Shown here: piece by piece, positions 24,901-36,245 of the stretch
How the letters are laid out: each line of letters opens with the position of its first letter
Position numbering within the stretch: the stretch's first letter is position 1
DNA from: Fimbriosthenelais zetlandica
Lineage: Eukaryota
Assembly (NCBI GenBank): GCA_977030845.1
Contig: OZ365112.1
Coordinates: forward strand, 19,592,001-19,656,000
Length of the DNA stretch: 64,000 nucleotides
Reading direction: 5' to 3'
Made by a program: the position numbers and the translations under genes
Notes under the pieces: model-generated
Databases searched by the model: none
Told to the model about the DNA's origin: nothing
What the model saw: only the letters and a program-made list of their open reading frames with translations

Positions 24901-25745
24901 CACCCAGGGACTAGACTAATCACCTGGACTCTATACCCCAATGAGTATCAATACACCAGCCTATGAAGTCTCACCCTCCTATTGAGTCAAAGTAAGCCAC
25001 TTTCACTAAGTCTTATCCCACTTTTCAATGATTAGTGGCTTACAATATGTTGTCCAGGCTGTTCCTCCAGGGTCTTTTCAGTCCTCTGGGTGGTCTGCCA
25101 CTACAGGCCACACAACAGCTCCATTGCTTCCTTCCCTGCTCTAGTCTTTATATGGATATGATTCTTCCCCCTCGCGGCCACAACCGCTCCCTCTTGGTAT
25201 TGCTCCTGCCACTGGTGAAGTGATCACATCCATGCAACTGCAAGGGCCCATAGCCACCAACCGGCCGTTTTATTAGACCAAGGCAGGAGCGACTCATTTC
25301 CGCATCGATACTCCCAGCCCCCTATAGAAGCCAAAGGGTTTGGTAGGTTGTATTGAGGAAATACATGACATACTTATTACCCCAGTTGGTATCAACACCC
25401 AAGGGTAGTAACCATCTTATCAACTGGCCCGAACTTTCAAGTCAATACAAATTTATATTGGTAATGTGGAGGAATGGACTATCTCAATGTTCAATTGCTT
25501 TCCGTGGTCCTGTAATTTGTGCAAAGGAGACACATTACTAGCATCGAACATTGGTTGGTATATAGTCGAGACCTTGGCAATCGTCCGATCTAAGGGCCAT
25601 TTTTTGCCTCTTAGAATCCCTCTGTTATTATATACTTTAACCTTGTCTTAAGGAGAAAATCAATGAGCGGTGTTAGAGAGTCAGCTATACTATTTTAACC
25701 CAAAAATATATATCTGTGAAACAAAAGTATAGAATCCAATAGAAT

Positions 25746-25759
25746 GTATCTATAGCAAC
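25746..25759 (+). promoter_or_regulatory. RFX X-box (GTATCTATAGCAAC)
   Basis: Matches GTHNYY-AT-RRNAAC; the left half-site is weaker. Confidence 0.35.
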
Positions 25760-28700
25760 TGAAAAGTGGGACAAGAAAGAGACAGAAGGCAAACAATTCC
25801 AAGACCGAGACCTGCAATTGAAAGTTATAAATATATGGTCTATATGCAATGCTAGAAAGTAGCGTTATCAGTATCAGGTGGATGAATTTAACTCGAAATT
25901 GAAGCCATATACAATATACCATTTCTATGTACTACTTATGTCTGATCAAAGTTGGTTAGGCTTACCATATAAAGCATAACGATAACGGTTTTCAATGATA
26001 GACTAGTATACTTTGAAGAATGGCACATACCCTGGTATTGTACTTACATTACACTCAGAATTCATGGTTCAACAGTAAAGTAAACTGTAATATGTAAACT
26101 GCAAATCACAACAGAATTTCAACAGTACAATTCTGATGGTTAGTATAATTAGCGGGAACAGGTTATTACCATGAGCCGGGGTTAGTTTACGGGGTCCAGC
26201 ACCATTTCCAATCGTTAGCTTAGTGGATGAATTATAAACAAGGTAAAGGATAAGCTTTATAAATTGTTTTTAGTCACCTTATTTACCCAGTTATCCAATC
26301 AGTCAGGCTTGTGGTCGACCAGATATCATCAACAAGGATCAACCTTACACTAACAGAATTCAGTCCTAGATCGGCTGAAGATACCAAGCGATAAGCTAGT
26401 GATCCTGTGACTTTACTGGTAGACCGATTAGATGTTAGTTCATTAAATACCCAAGCCTTGAATTAGTGTAGCAATAGTTTTTCAATAAATAGTCTCACCT
26501 CATCCAGAAAATCTGATCCTGTATCAATCTGAAATCATCCATTACATAGAAACGTGTAAGCTCACAATGTGTAACACGTAGGACCAGGGTAAAACAATGA
26601 TAACTAGAAAAGTACGGTGTTTATAGCCACACCATAAATCACAATAATGGCCAATGATCGTCAGCACAAGCCTCCCAACAGGTTGACTATTGCATGCTAA
26701 TATGCCATAAAGATATGAACAGTAAAAAGTAAAGCGCTTCACCAGAACTATTTTGGGAAGGATATTTTTGGTATTCATGTTCAATGAAGCATAGAATCAA
26801 GTGATATCTGTTGGGCGATGCGATCAATATTCAGTTCAAAAATAAAGTTATGGACGTCAAGGCTAGCATAAAAACTTAGAAATGGAGGGGGGATTAGTAC
26901 CATGTGACTTTCCCACATGGACCAGTCACTCTGTCAGGAAAAATACAGACAAGATGCAAACGACGGTTACTAAATACACTCACTGAAAACCAAACCAATC
27001 TTTGGAGGAAAATCAAATTGATATCTAGAGAAAACATTATTTATTTTATAACCGAAAGTTTACAAAAACAAAAGGGAAACATTGCACAATGTGGATAATC
27101 TCGATTAAGCTATTTTTTTTACTAGAACTGAGTCTGTTAATACCTTCGGGTCGATACGAGCTGTATACACATATTCTCTCACTTTTCGGGAAGGTTGTAC
27201 ACAGTTTAGACTTATCTTCTTCTTTCTACGTTTTTCATCCCTGGCCGGAGAACCTGCAGTCCTTGTCTGTGGTGTTGTTAGGCTGTTAGAGTTAGACCCT
27301 TCTCTCTTTGACCTGCCCAGGGCAGATGCTTTCCAGGCAGTCGTCTCCTCGTCTTCAGCTTTTGGTCGGGGACTGGACTCCGGGAAGTCAGCTATATCCA
27401 GGCCACCTGGAGGCAGGTTGTGAAGGAGGTCACGACCATGGTGTCCATGGTCAGACCTGATGTAGATGTAAAGAACAAGGAGAAGATCCACGAGGGAAGC
27501 GTCCAGGCAGGCTTGATATTTCATCCTCTCTGCCATGCTGCCATGCATTTCACCCTGTTCCTTCAACAGACATCCATTTTGTCACGGTATGGAACATTTC
27601 GACAGATAGACTCCATAAAAGTCTTTATTCTCTTCGAACAAACTCAAACTTCTTGAACTATACATGTACATAATATACATGTATACGATCCATGAAAATT
27701 CACCCGACCTATGCGGCAAGGACAGTTATAGATCCATTAGAAGAGATTTCCGGGGTTTCAATTCCTGTACTTGAATGGAGAACAGATCATGCTGCAAGAA
27801 GTGTTGTATACTTTTCATCCAAATTGTGGTAATTGTGAGAGGAAGAACGTTAGTTACATGTTCCGCCACAGAGCAGGAAAATGTGAAAATGTCGTCTTGT
27901 CTTTCTCAACGATCCCAAAGAACTTTTTATAAGCGGCCATCTGATTCCCAAATGTGATGCGTCAGAGACGTTTTTGCTCCAAGGATAGGATGGTGAAAGA
28001 AATTTGAATAACAAAACAAAAGTTTTGGTTCTTGATGCTGATCTAACTTTGTTTCCTTCTTCTGCAATGAACTTTGCTGAAATGAATTTCTGTTGTTGTC
28101 AGAGGATTCTTGGATATGTATCAGTAGGATGTTCAATGTTGCAAGGTCCTGCAGGAAAAGGACTTTTTCATGGCAGGTAATGGGATGTTGATGGCGTCAG
28201 AAATGGCATTAAACAAATGATGCTCGTTGCAGGCAGTCTGACAGTTCATCTGAATTCCGGCAGACCTTGTAGTTCCTTCATTATAGTATCCAGAGTAATC
28301 CATATCATATAGGATATACATGTTCTGATGAGGCAACATTACTTTAGCATTTATAGAGTTATGTGTATCCCCCATGTAGATCGATCACTGTTTGAACATA
28401 TCAGCAGTATTGAATTAATGTTCCAACATAAACTTACTGGGCATATCTTGTACATGTATATCTTTCAAAGGATTGGTACTGACATATTTCCAAACGAATA
28501 TCCGAGGACAGTAGCAATCCAAAGCCATCTACTTGGTGAAGTTCATACATGTATGTATCCCTGGATCTTCTGTGATGAAGTAAGTATAAAATGTCTATAT
28601 ATGATGTGAAAAAGGCAGGAGGAGTATTGCGCACATGATGTATGCTATTCCTCAATATGTCTTAAAAGTATTGTGAGAGGTGGCAGCCTTTCCAAAGCTC

Positions 28701-29684
28701 GTTTTCTGCCACCCAAAGACATGGCAGCGAGCTGGGGCATGCCAGGAGCCCTCTATCGTCCAATTATTCCTCCACTTTTATATAATAAGAGGTTAATGAG
28801 GAGGGTATAGCAGCAATGGCTTCCTAATTTCTCTTTAACCTTTGTTTAAGACTGTGTCCGTTCCTCGTTCTATGGAATCCATCATCCGGGCACAATCTGT
28901 TAGCAACACGGTGATGTGCTTGTAGGATACAAATCCAGCAGGATGTCTGAGCTACCTTCATTGCCTATGGTTAGTTGGAGGCCATTCCACCAGCCTCTTT
29001 ACCAGCTCCGAGCTAATCCAGTTTAAGGACCCAATTGGTCATTCACTTTGAACTTTTCTCACTTTCAAGCTCGGCAAAAGAAGGTAAGCACAGGCTGTCA
29101 CTTGCATTGAGCCTTTTCAAAAGCCAGGTTTCTTTCGTTGCGTCCAATTTGTTGGTTAAGCAAGACTAATGTAAAAACACGACGTAAAACGCGCGACATT
29201 ACTCTGAAATTATTTTACAGTGGGAAGTGTGAAAGAAGTAACATGAAAAAACAGTCCCAACTGCTCTGTTCACTCTGTTACTCTAAAGCTCACAGGAAAG
29301 CTTATATTCCCTGCATGCTGACGTGCACTTCCTTGTACTACCCAAAGTAGAATATTCTCTAGGTGTAGTCTTGAAAGAAGGTGGTTAAAGTCCTATTTGG
29401 TGTTTGAAATGTAGCTTTCCTCAGCACAAAGCTTTGTCATAATGACCTGCCAGAGTCTTCCTGGCAATAGCCCCTCCTTCAGGTCCACAGTCTCTATATT
29501 CACCACTGCTATACCCTCTTCCACCTTGTATTCAAAACTGGACGTCACGGATCTAGTAACTTTGAGTTTGACGTGCAGCACTGGACATAGTTTGTCACAG
29601 AATATCCTACTATACTACAGCAATGCAGGTAATCATCGATATAAAATGTCCGTACTGACAGGAATGAAATTGGCAATGAGTTAG

Positions 29685-29713
29685 ATGAATAATGAATAAT
29701 GAACTAATGAATA
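29685..29713 (+). repeat. Short tandem repeat (ATGAATA) x4, one imperfect unit
   Basis: ATGAATA ATGAATA ATGAACTA ATGAATA. Confidence 0.85.
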
Positions 29714-30109
29714 TCCTTAGCTTCTGAATCATCGTTCATCATCAAAGTGACAAGTATCTATAAGATCCCTCCAGGCCATACCTGCAAAGGCATCCTCCGC
29801 TGTCACAGATTCATTCTACAGCTCCCCTCCACACTGATTTTATTTTATAAGCAATGACACCTGCCGTCCAGTAGTATGACATCGTTAGAAATAATATTTC
29901 CTGTGGCGAAAGCTTCGAATTTCAGATCCTGTAAACGTTTTCTGAAGTCATTCCATAGACTTTGAAAGGATCATTTTGCAGGAGAGGAAAGAAGATTCAG
30001 GAAGAGCAGTGCCACTTGTCAACGGAAATGTAAAAAGTGTTTGATGACACTACACATGTTTGCACCACTTTTAAATACTCGTCATCATCAGCATTGAATA
30101 ATTACGAGA

Positions 30110-30122
30110 GTTACTAGGTAAC
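30110..30122 (-). promoter_or_regulatory. 13-bp RFX site (GTTACCTAGTAAC on minus)
   Basis: Fits GTTRCC-N1-RGYAAC, the short-spacer RFX variant. Confidence 0.4.
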
Positions 30123-30288
30123 CGAGCAATATATTATATGTGAAATTAAAGATTGAATGGAAAATAAGCGATTCGAATGGATTTTTAGAGGTGTTTCCCT
30201 ACATTATGGTTTGGTTTTCAGTGAGGCATTAAGTGAGTCCATTTAAAACAGTGAAATATATACAAAGAAGGTCTGGTATATAACTTAC

Positions 30289-30333
30289 CACAACCCTCTG
30301 TGCTATTTTTCTGCCAGACATATTTCCACTCAC
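30289..30333 (-). other. Candidate 45-nt cryptic/RS exon
   Basis: Starts after CAG at 30336-30334 and ends at GTG|GTAAGT (donor 30288-30283). Length is divisible by 3. Open as VSGNMSGRKIAQRVV (phase 0) and EWKYVWQKNSTEGC (phase 1). Confidence 0.35.
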
Positions 30334-30362
30334 CTGAAAGAAGAAAAGAAAAACAGTAAGTA
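30328..30362 (-). other. Acceptor abutting donor: putative recursive splice site
   Basis: Minus strand reads TACTTAC-TGTTTTTCTTTTCTTCTTT-CAG|GTGAGT: a branch-like heptamer, a near-pure pyrimidine tract, CAG, then a consensus donor. Confidence 0.5.
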
Positions 30363-31080
30363 TATGACCCAAAAATGATACAAATGTATTTTAAAAATGA
30401 TTAATTGACAATGTTAAATTGTAATGCAAATGACTATTAAAGAAATATTCTTTGATCTGTATGGTCTGAGATCATCTATTCCCATATTCCCATACTACTC
30501 CCATAGGGATCGTACACCACTATCAGTGCTGCCATCAGTGGTGCAGATCCAAACTAACTTGTGCATGCAGGGCATCAGTGCAACCACCTATCAATCAGAT
30601 GAGGAACTACACAGCATCCAGCATCTCAAAACAGGCTATACAGCAGCATGTAAACCATTGAGGCAAAGTTTAAACATAAATACACGTTATCAGAACCATA
30701 ATATGAGAACATATTATATCGAAAAAACTTTGATCATGAAGGTATTCAGATTATCATAAACAGTTACCGATCTGTTAACAAAACAGAGTCTGAGGTAGTA
30801 CTGGGATATTGTGTTACCACACTGGCCTACTGCCGCCATCCATCCTACCATCACCACCCCTAGCTCATTTCTTTTACATCAGATCAATAGCAGTGCAACA
30901 ATTTGATCCACTGAGGATACAAACGTCTCAAACAAATATTCCAAATATAATCGCCCACCAAAAAGGAGGGCCCTCCTTTCCTCACACATTCTATAGCCCG
31001 TCCCAATAGAGATGGTAGGCACAGACATCCAGACACAAAGCAGAGAAAGGTCTGATGGCCACTGTCAAAATCGACAAGGG

Positions 31081-31113
31081 AAATACCAGGGGATTAAAAA
31101 ATACCAGGGGATT
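31081..31113 (+). repeat. Perfect 15-bp tandem duplication (period 18)
   Basis: AAATACCAGGGGATT at 31081-31095 and 31099-31113. Confidence 0.9.
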
Positions 31114-33354
31114 TAAACAGTCTTGCAACAGTGTATAGTCTGACTGGGTGGTCTGAACAAGCAGCATGTACCATACCTCTAACGCCTGCGTGCAACAGCA
31201 CATTGCAAACCACCAGGCAGCAATTGATGGATGAGGCATCTCGGAATGGATATTGAATATCAATAACAATTATTGGCCCCTTCATGAGACATACTTGCAT
31301 GTACAAGTGGAAAAAACAAGAGGAATCGATTGCCTCAAGCAAAGAGGCCATATATTACAAACTTTCCCAATGGTTTTAGTATATTTAATCTCATAACAAT
31401 GTAGTTCTTCAAGTGTTTCCAATTTCTAAAGTTGTTCGTGTCTCAAAATATCTTCCATATATCCTGCCTCTCAGAACTTTCTATTCCAAGGCTAGAGGCT
31501 TGGATAAGTGGATAGGAGAATAACCCGGGGAATCGCTCTGCTTAAAAGCGATTACAACACCGCTGTACCATTGCCAGCCAGTCATCCATCATTTTAACAA
31601 AGCAACACATAGTGTCAAAATATTGCTACCCTGTTTTAGTATCAAATGGCTATTATCTTGAATCATTGAGCTATCATTATTGTGAGATCGTTTAAAGATC
31701 TAATGAACGGATAAATAATGAGATGAGGCAAGGAAATGGAGAATGGCATGCAAATGGAGCCATTGGCAGGAAGGACTAGCCCCATCCTCCTATCAATGTG
31801 GCTGGGTGAGAGCTGGCAGTGATTTGCCAGGGATCAGACTATTGGAGAAATGGGGCAGTACACCAGTCTCATCTCCTAAATACTCATCAGGCTGCACTGA
31901 ATTGAAGTAGAGAGCAGCCTCAACCAGAATTGGACATTCCCAAAATCTGCTGCGCAATATGTCGTTTTGGTACAGAAACCTGCATAGTTTTAACTTAGAT
32001 AGCTTTCAAAATTATCTTCAGCTATTCATTTGGTAATGTCATGATGGGAGAATAGAAAGGTTTATTTTGTCTTTCCTCTTAATCACGGGAGAAGACAATT
32101 CTCAAGCCTGAAGCTAGAGACTTATAGAGTGGCTTAGTTACCAAGTGGTTTAAGGCAGTTAAAGGTTTAAAAGTATACCTACAAGGTGGGTTTGGCTTCC
32201 CTGCCTCAATATGGACATCTCGTGTCAATATCAATTAGTTTCAACGAAGTAATTTACAGTGTACATTTTAACCCAGCAAACATACAATGTACATCACTTA
32301 TTAACAGAGTCTGGCTGAGGCTTATTTCTATTTATAGCTGTACAGCTCCCTAATGAAGGATGGTTATTATTAGTGCATTGATGTATGTCTCGATCACACA
32401 GCAATTAAGTGAAAAGGGGGCGAGAGCTTTAGTTAGATTAGAGCGATACTGAGTGATGAATAAGTGAATATGATATAGCTGGGATCAGTATGTAATTAGA
32501 TAAGGGTCTCTGTATAACACTGAGGTGACTGCTCAAGGATCAGTCATAACTCTGTTAATCTCAGGTGGATGATCATACACCCCATTAAAAATTAATCTTC
32601 CTGGTGTACTGGATACATGTTCAGCTCCTGTCGTCCAGTACCTCCCCTCATACACGTACTTTGTATTCCATTAGTGAGGCAGGCATGTGGTTTGTACAGT
32701 GGCTTTTTACCAATTTTTGTCTGACCAATTTTCGTGAAATCGTTTTAGAACATTCAACCACGGATGGAGCTTTTGATGAAGGATAAATAATAGCATGGGG
32801 GAATAATGACCCCTATGGTGGAAGCTGGCGGCATATAGCCGAGTCCCTCGGCCCTATACAGTCCATCCACCTTCACCCTTTGATGTTAGACTGTATCGCT
32901 GGGGACGAAGAATCCCCGACTATCGCCTGGGGACAGCAAATGGGAGAAAAAAGTAACTTAGGATTCATTCCAAACGCTTAAGATTTGCCCTGCCTTAGTA
33001 AGAAAAAATGGCGCCAGGAATGAAGATCTGGACAAAACATTTAAGGCTTGTGAGAAGAATTGAAATAGATATTGTTGGATCTATACACTTCCTGAGTCTA
33101 AGCACAAGGGTGAGAGATATCATTTCACATAGAGGCATTTAAATCTATTCCACTCCACATATACCTGACCATGCTCTCATTCCATAAGGGCCTCTCCAAA
33201 CCATTCCACTAGCATCTGGTCAATGGACCTTAAATACCAAAAAGCCAGAATGGAGTCGGAATTCAACATTGGCGGATGAATAGCTTGCAGAATGGGGAAT
33301 TCAACCTTTGCAGATGAATAGCCCTGAGGGCCATTTGGGAGAACTGTCAGATGT

Positions 33355-33379
33355 GGGGATGGGGTGGAATAGGGGAGGG
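33355..33379 (+). other. Canonical G-quadruplex motif
   Basis: GGGG-AT-GGGG-TGGAATA-GGGG-A-GGG: four runs of at least 3 G with loops of 2, 7 and 1 nt. Confidence 0.6.
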
Positions 33380-36222
33380 TAAGGTTGGAAGTGGCCCAAT
33401 GGTGTTGCTGGCATGTGATGTGGCTGCAGAGGCGATAGAGCAATATCAATATGGGAGGAGGAAGCGAAGGGATCAACAATGATAGCCTCTGGGCGCCCTC
33501 CAGGCCATAGGGTTGGAAGACATTGGTCAGCGTTTTCTGACAGGACAAACATGACCTGTGGTACACATATGTGAAGGACAAGGCAAACAGTGGACTGGTC
33601 AGCATCAGAAGTGGACAGGCGAAGGCATACTCCTTAAAGTCTCTGTCTACTAGAGCAAAGATCTCAATGAGGAATGGATGGAAGAGGAAGGCACGATGTC
33701 CCTAACCGGCCATGGGCCATGGGAACACGTTTGTTAGGATTTGTTTTTCTAAAGCTGTGAAAGAAAAGTTGTCCACATACATTTTTGGCATATGTTATTT
33801 TCTTTTTAAGCACATTTATATGTAGTGTCTCAGACATTCACAGAATCTGTATTTTGTAAACATCAGGTTTACTTCAGAAAAAAAATATCCAACAACAGTA
33901 TAGAATAGTCCTTTAAATCTCAGAGTTGTCGAGCAGCTCCTAGCAGGGATGGCATTTAGTATGACTCTTGGGAACAGATAGACCTTCATCGGGTCAGAGT
34001 ACTTCAATATGACACTCATCGAGGGACCCGTCTTGAAGGCAGATTAAAAGTGCTTGGTATAAACTTACTCTCTGCCTGCTCCGAGAGAGCAAGCAAGAGC
34101 AGAACTGACCAGAATACTTAAAGGTACTTTCACCAGTGAGGTTCAAGTGGTCTTCTAAAATAAGTTGTGTATGAACGTACTTTCATTCTGACATTATCAC
34201 TTTTTCATAGCCATGTATAGTAGCGGGATAGTATGTGGAAATAACAAAGTTGGGATGTACAGTATACAAATTCAGATAATCATTTTTCCTCACATGAATT
34301 GCCACATCCCATCACATAGACAGAGATTTAAGCAGTGTTGGTGGCTGGATATATGGGGAGTAATCGTGCAGTACAGAATACCAAAGCCTGATTTCAGGGG
34401 ACCTATAAAGTATCAATCTTGGGAATAAATATTTCTTTATGAGAAGGTTTCCTCTTCATTCCAGACATCCTTTGGGAGTCCTCAATAGTCTACGAGCACT
34501 GCCATCTTCTCTATAGGGCCCCTCCATAGCCGGCGTGAGTTTTCATCTTTTTTCCACAGACCTGAGGAGGGTTGTGTATTATGGCAAATGATGTTCCTAC
34601 GATTCCTGTTTGTATGAAGGGTCCTTTCAACTATCGTGGAGACAGGTAAATTGCTGGGGCCGGAGCAGACATAACCTAAGTTGCTATATTAAGGTAATGA
34701 AGGCCAGACCACTGCTAGGCATGTCTATACATAGTGGTACTTCACTGCCTGCTTATTGCTTTGTCAGAGACTCAGTTGTTGGCGTGATGGATGGCTGGGG
34801 GTCTGGCAGGGGGACATAGATTGTCGTCCGTTGATTGGCCTTATTGCTCAAAGGTAGGTGGTGAGCAGTTGAATAAGGCACTCAGGTGGATTAGCTCGCT
34901 TGGCTGGTAAAAGCGGGATAAGATTAGGTCTATGGTCAACTCATCAATTATGCCTGGGTTTACCTGCTTTATTGGGACATAGGGACACTCCCTCCACCAA
35001 TGTCAGGTCAGGGTGGTACACCTGCGGTTGTAAAGTGTGGTCAGGTTCATTTTTAACATCATATTAGTCTATGTTAACATTCACCCACTCACTTATACTT
35101 TAAATGACTTGAGTTCCTTTGATAGAATGACTCATGAGCTATAATAATGTATAGCCAATCATACATCTATGGATTTTTCATTTAAAGAGTCGACTGTAGA
35201 GACTGATCAATGGTTTCTTTTCACCATATTGCCCCTGGCATGTTGTTTTGTTTTATATGACAGAAGGACCAAGCAGACATAAAGCATGATGTATGGGGTC
35301 AGAATTGAGGGAGAGTAGCAGTGAACAAAGTTCAATTTTTGATGTTTTTTCTTTGTGACTGGAATGATAGATGAAAAAACATCTTGAAGGGCCCTTCTCA
35401 TGATATATGGACCCCATCGTTTTTTTTAAGTTTGGGCACTAAACTTCTTGTCAGCGAATCATTTTTGACGGCATATATAGCCATAGTCTGAATATTTTGC
35501 TATCAATCAGTGAATTTAAGCATGCTTCAAACATTATTCAATTGCCAAATCCACATAAAAGATCTTCGAGGCAAATATTTGAGCTATATAGCAAAAACCT
35601 AAAACCAACATGCGTACAAGCAACCAGCATAAGAAGTGGTACAAACTATAAAAATATTTTCTTTAAATTCCTCTACATATTTGTCAACTGGCGGTCATAA
35701 TATTCAATGCTTTCATTTGACACTTTTGCATTTTAGATTCTTATAAGATTCCCAGACTATTCCCTCGATCGACAGCGAATAATAACATATATATGTTAGC
35801 GGGTCAAGTCCACAAGGATGGTGGTTGTCTTAAGAAGAAAAGTGAAAAAAGTTCTCAAGGAATATAGGCCAAAATTGTCACAGACAAACGAAGCACCTGA
35901 ACTAAGCTACCATACATTCATATCTGAATGCCTTGAAGATGTTTTAAAGATATGATTCAAACCCTAATTTCAGACATCCATGAGTGTCATATTCATATTT
36001 CATATTCCTATTTTTGGAACTAATACACCCACAGACCCCATTAGAAGGGGGTGGGAGAACACTTATTGAGAATAAAGTTTTTAAATGTGACTATACGGTA
36101 TATGATAGTGAGGGGAGAGAGGGGTCGACCTCTTCGTTTATACAGTAAACAATACCAGCCTCTTCAGACCATACTACTGGTCGTTTTTCCCAGTACTCTG
36201 ACCTCATACATGCCTATAAAAG

Positions 36223-36245
36223 ACTCACCTATGCAAGAAATGGGT
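36223..36245 (-). other. Weaker acceptor-donor junction
   Basis: Minus strand reads ACCCATTTCTTGCATAG|GTGAGT. The pyrimidine tract is shorter and there is no clear branch point. Confidence 0.3.

Noticed and set aside
25353-25541. TPKG...YKFILVM resembling the LTR integrase GNKYILV motif
   Set aside because: The motif is split by an unrelated insert, and no DDE residues, flanking RT or LTRs are visible.
29393-29581. FEYKVEEGIAVVNI resembling an enoyl-CoA hydratase N-terminus
   Set aside because: The similarity spans about 12 residues and does not continue.
32127-32158. tRNA D-arm-like GTGGCTTAGTTACCAAGTGGTTTAAGGC
   Set aside because: There is no anticodon arm, T-arm GGTTCRA or acceptor stem downstream. 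TAGCTCAGTG near 43929 fails in the same way.
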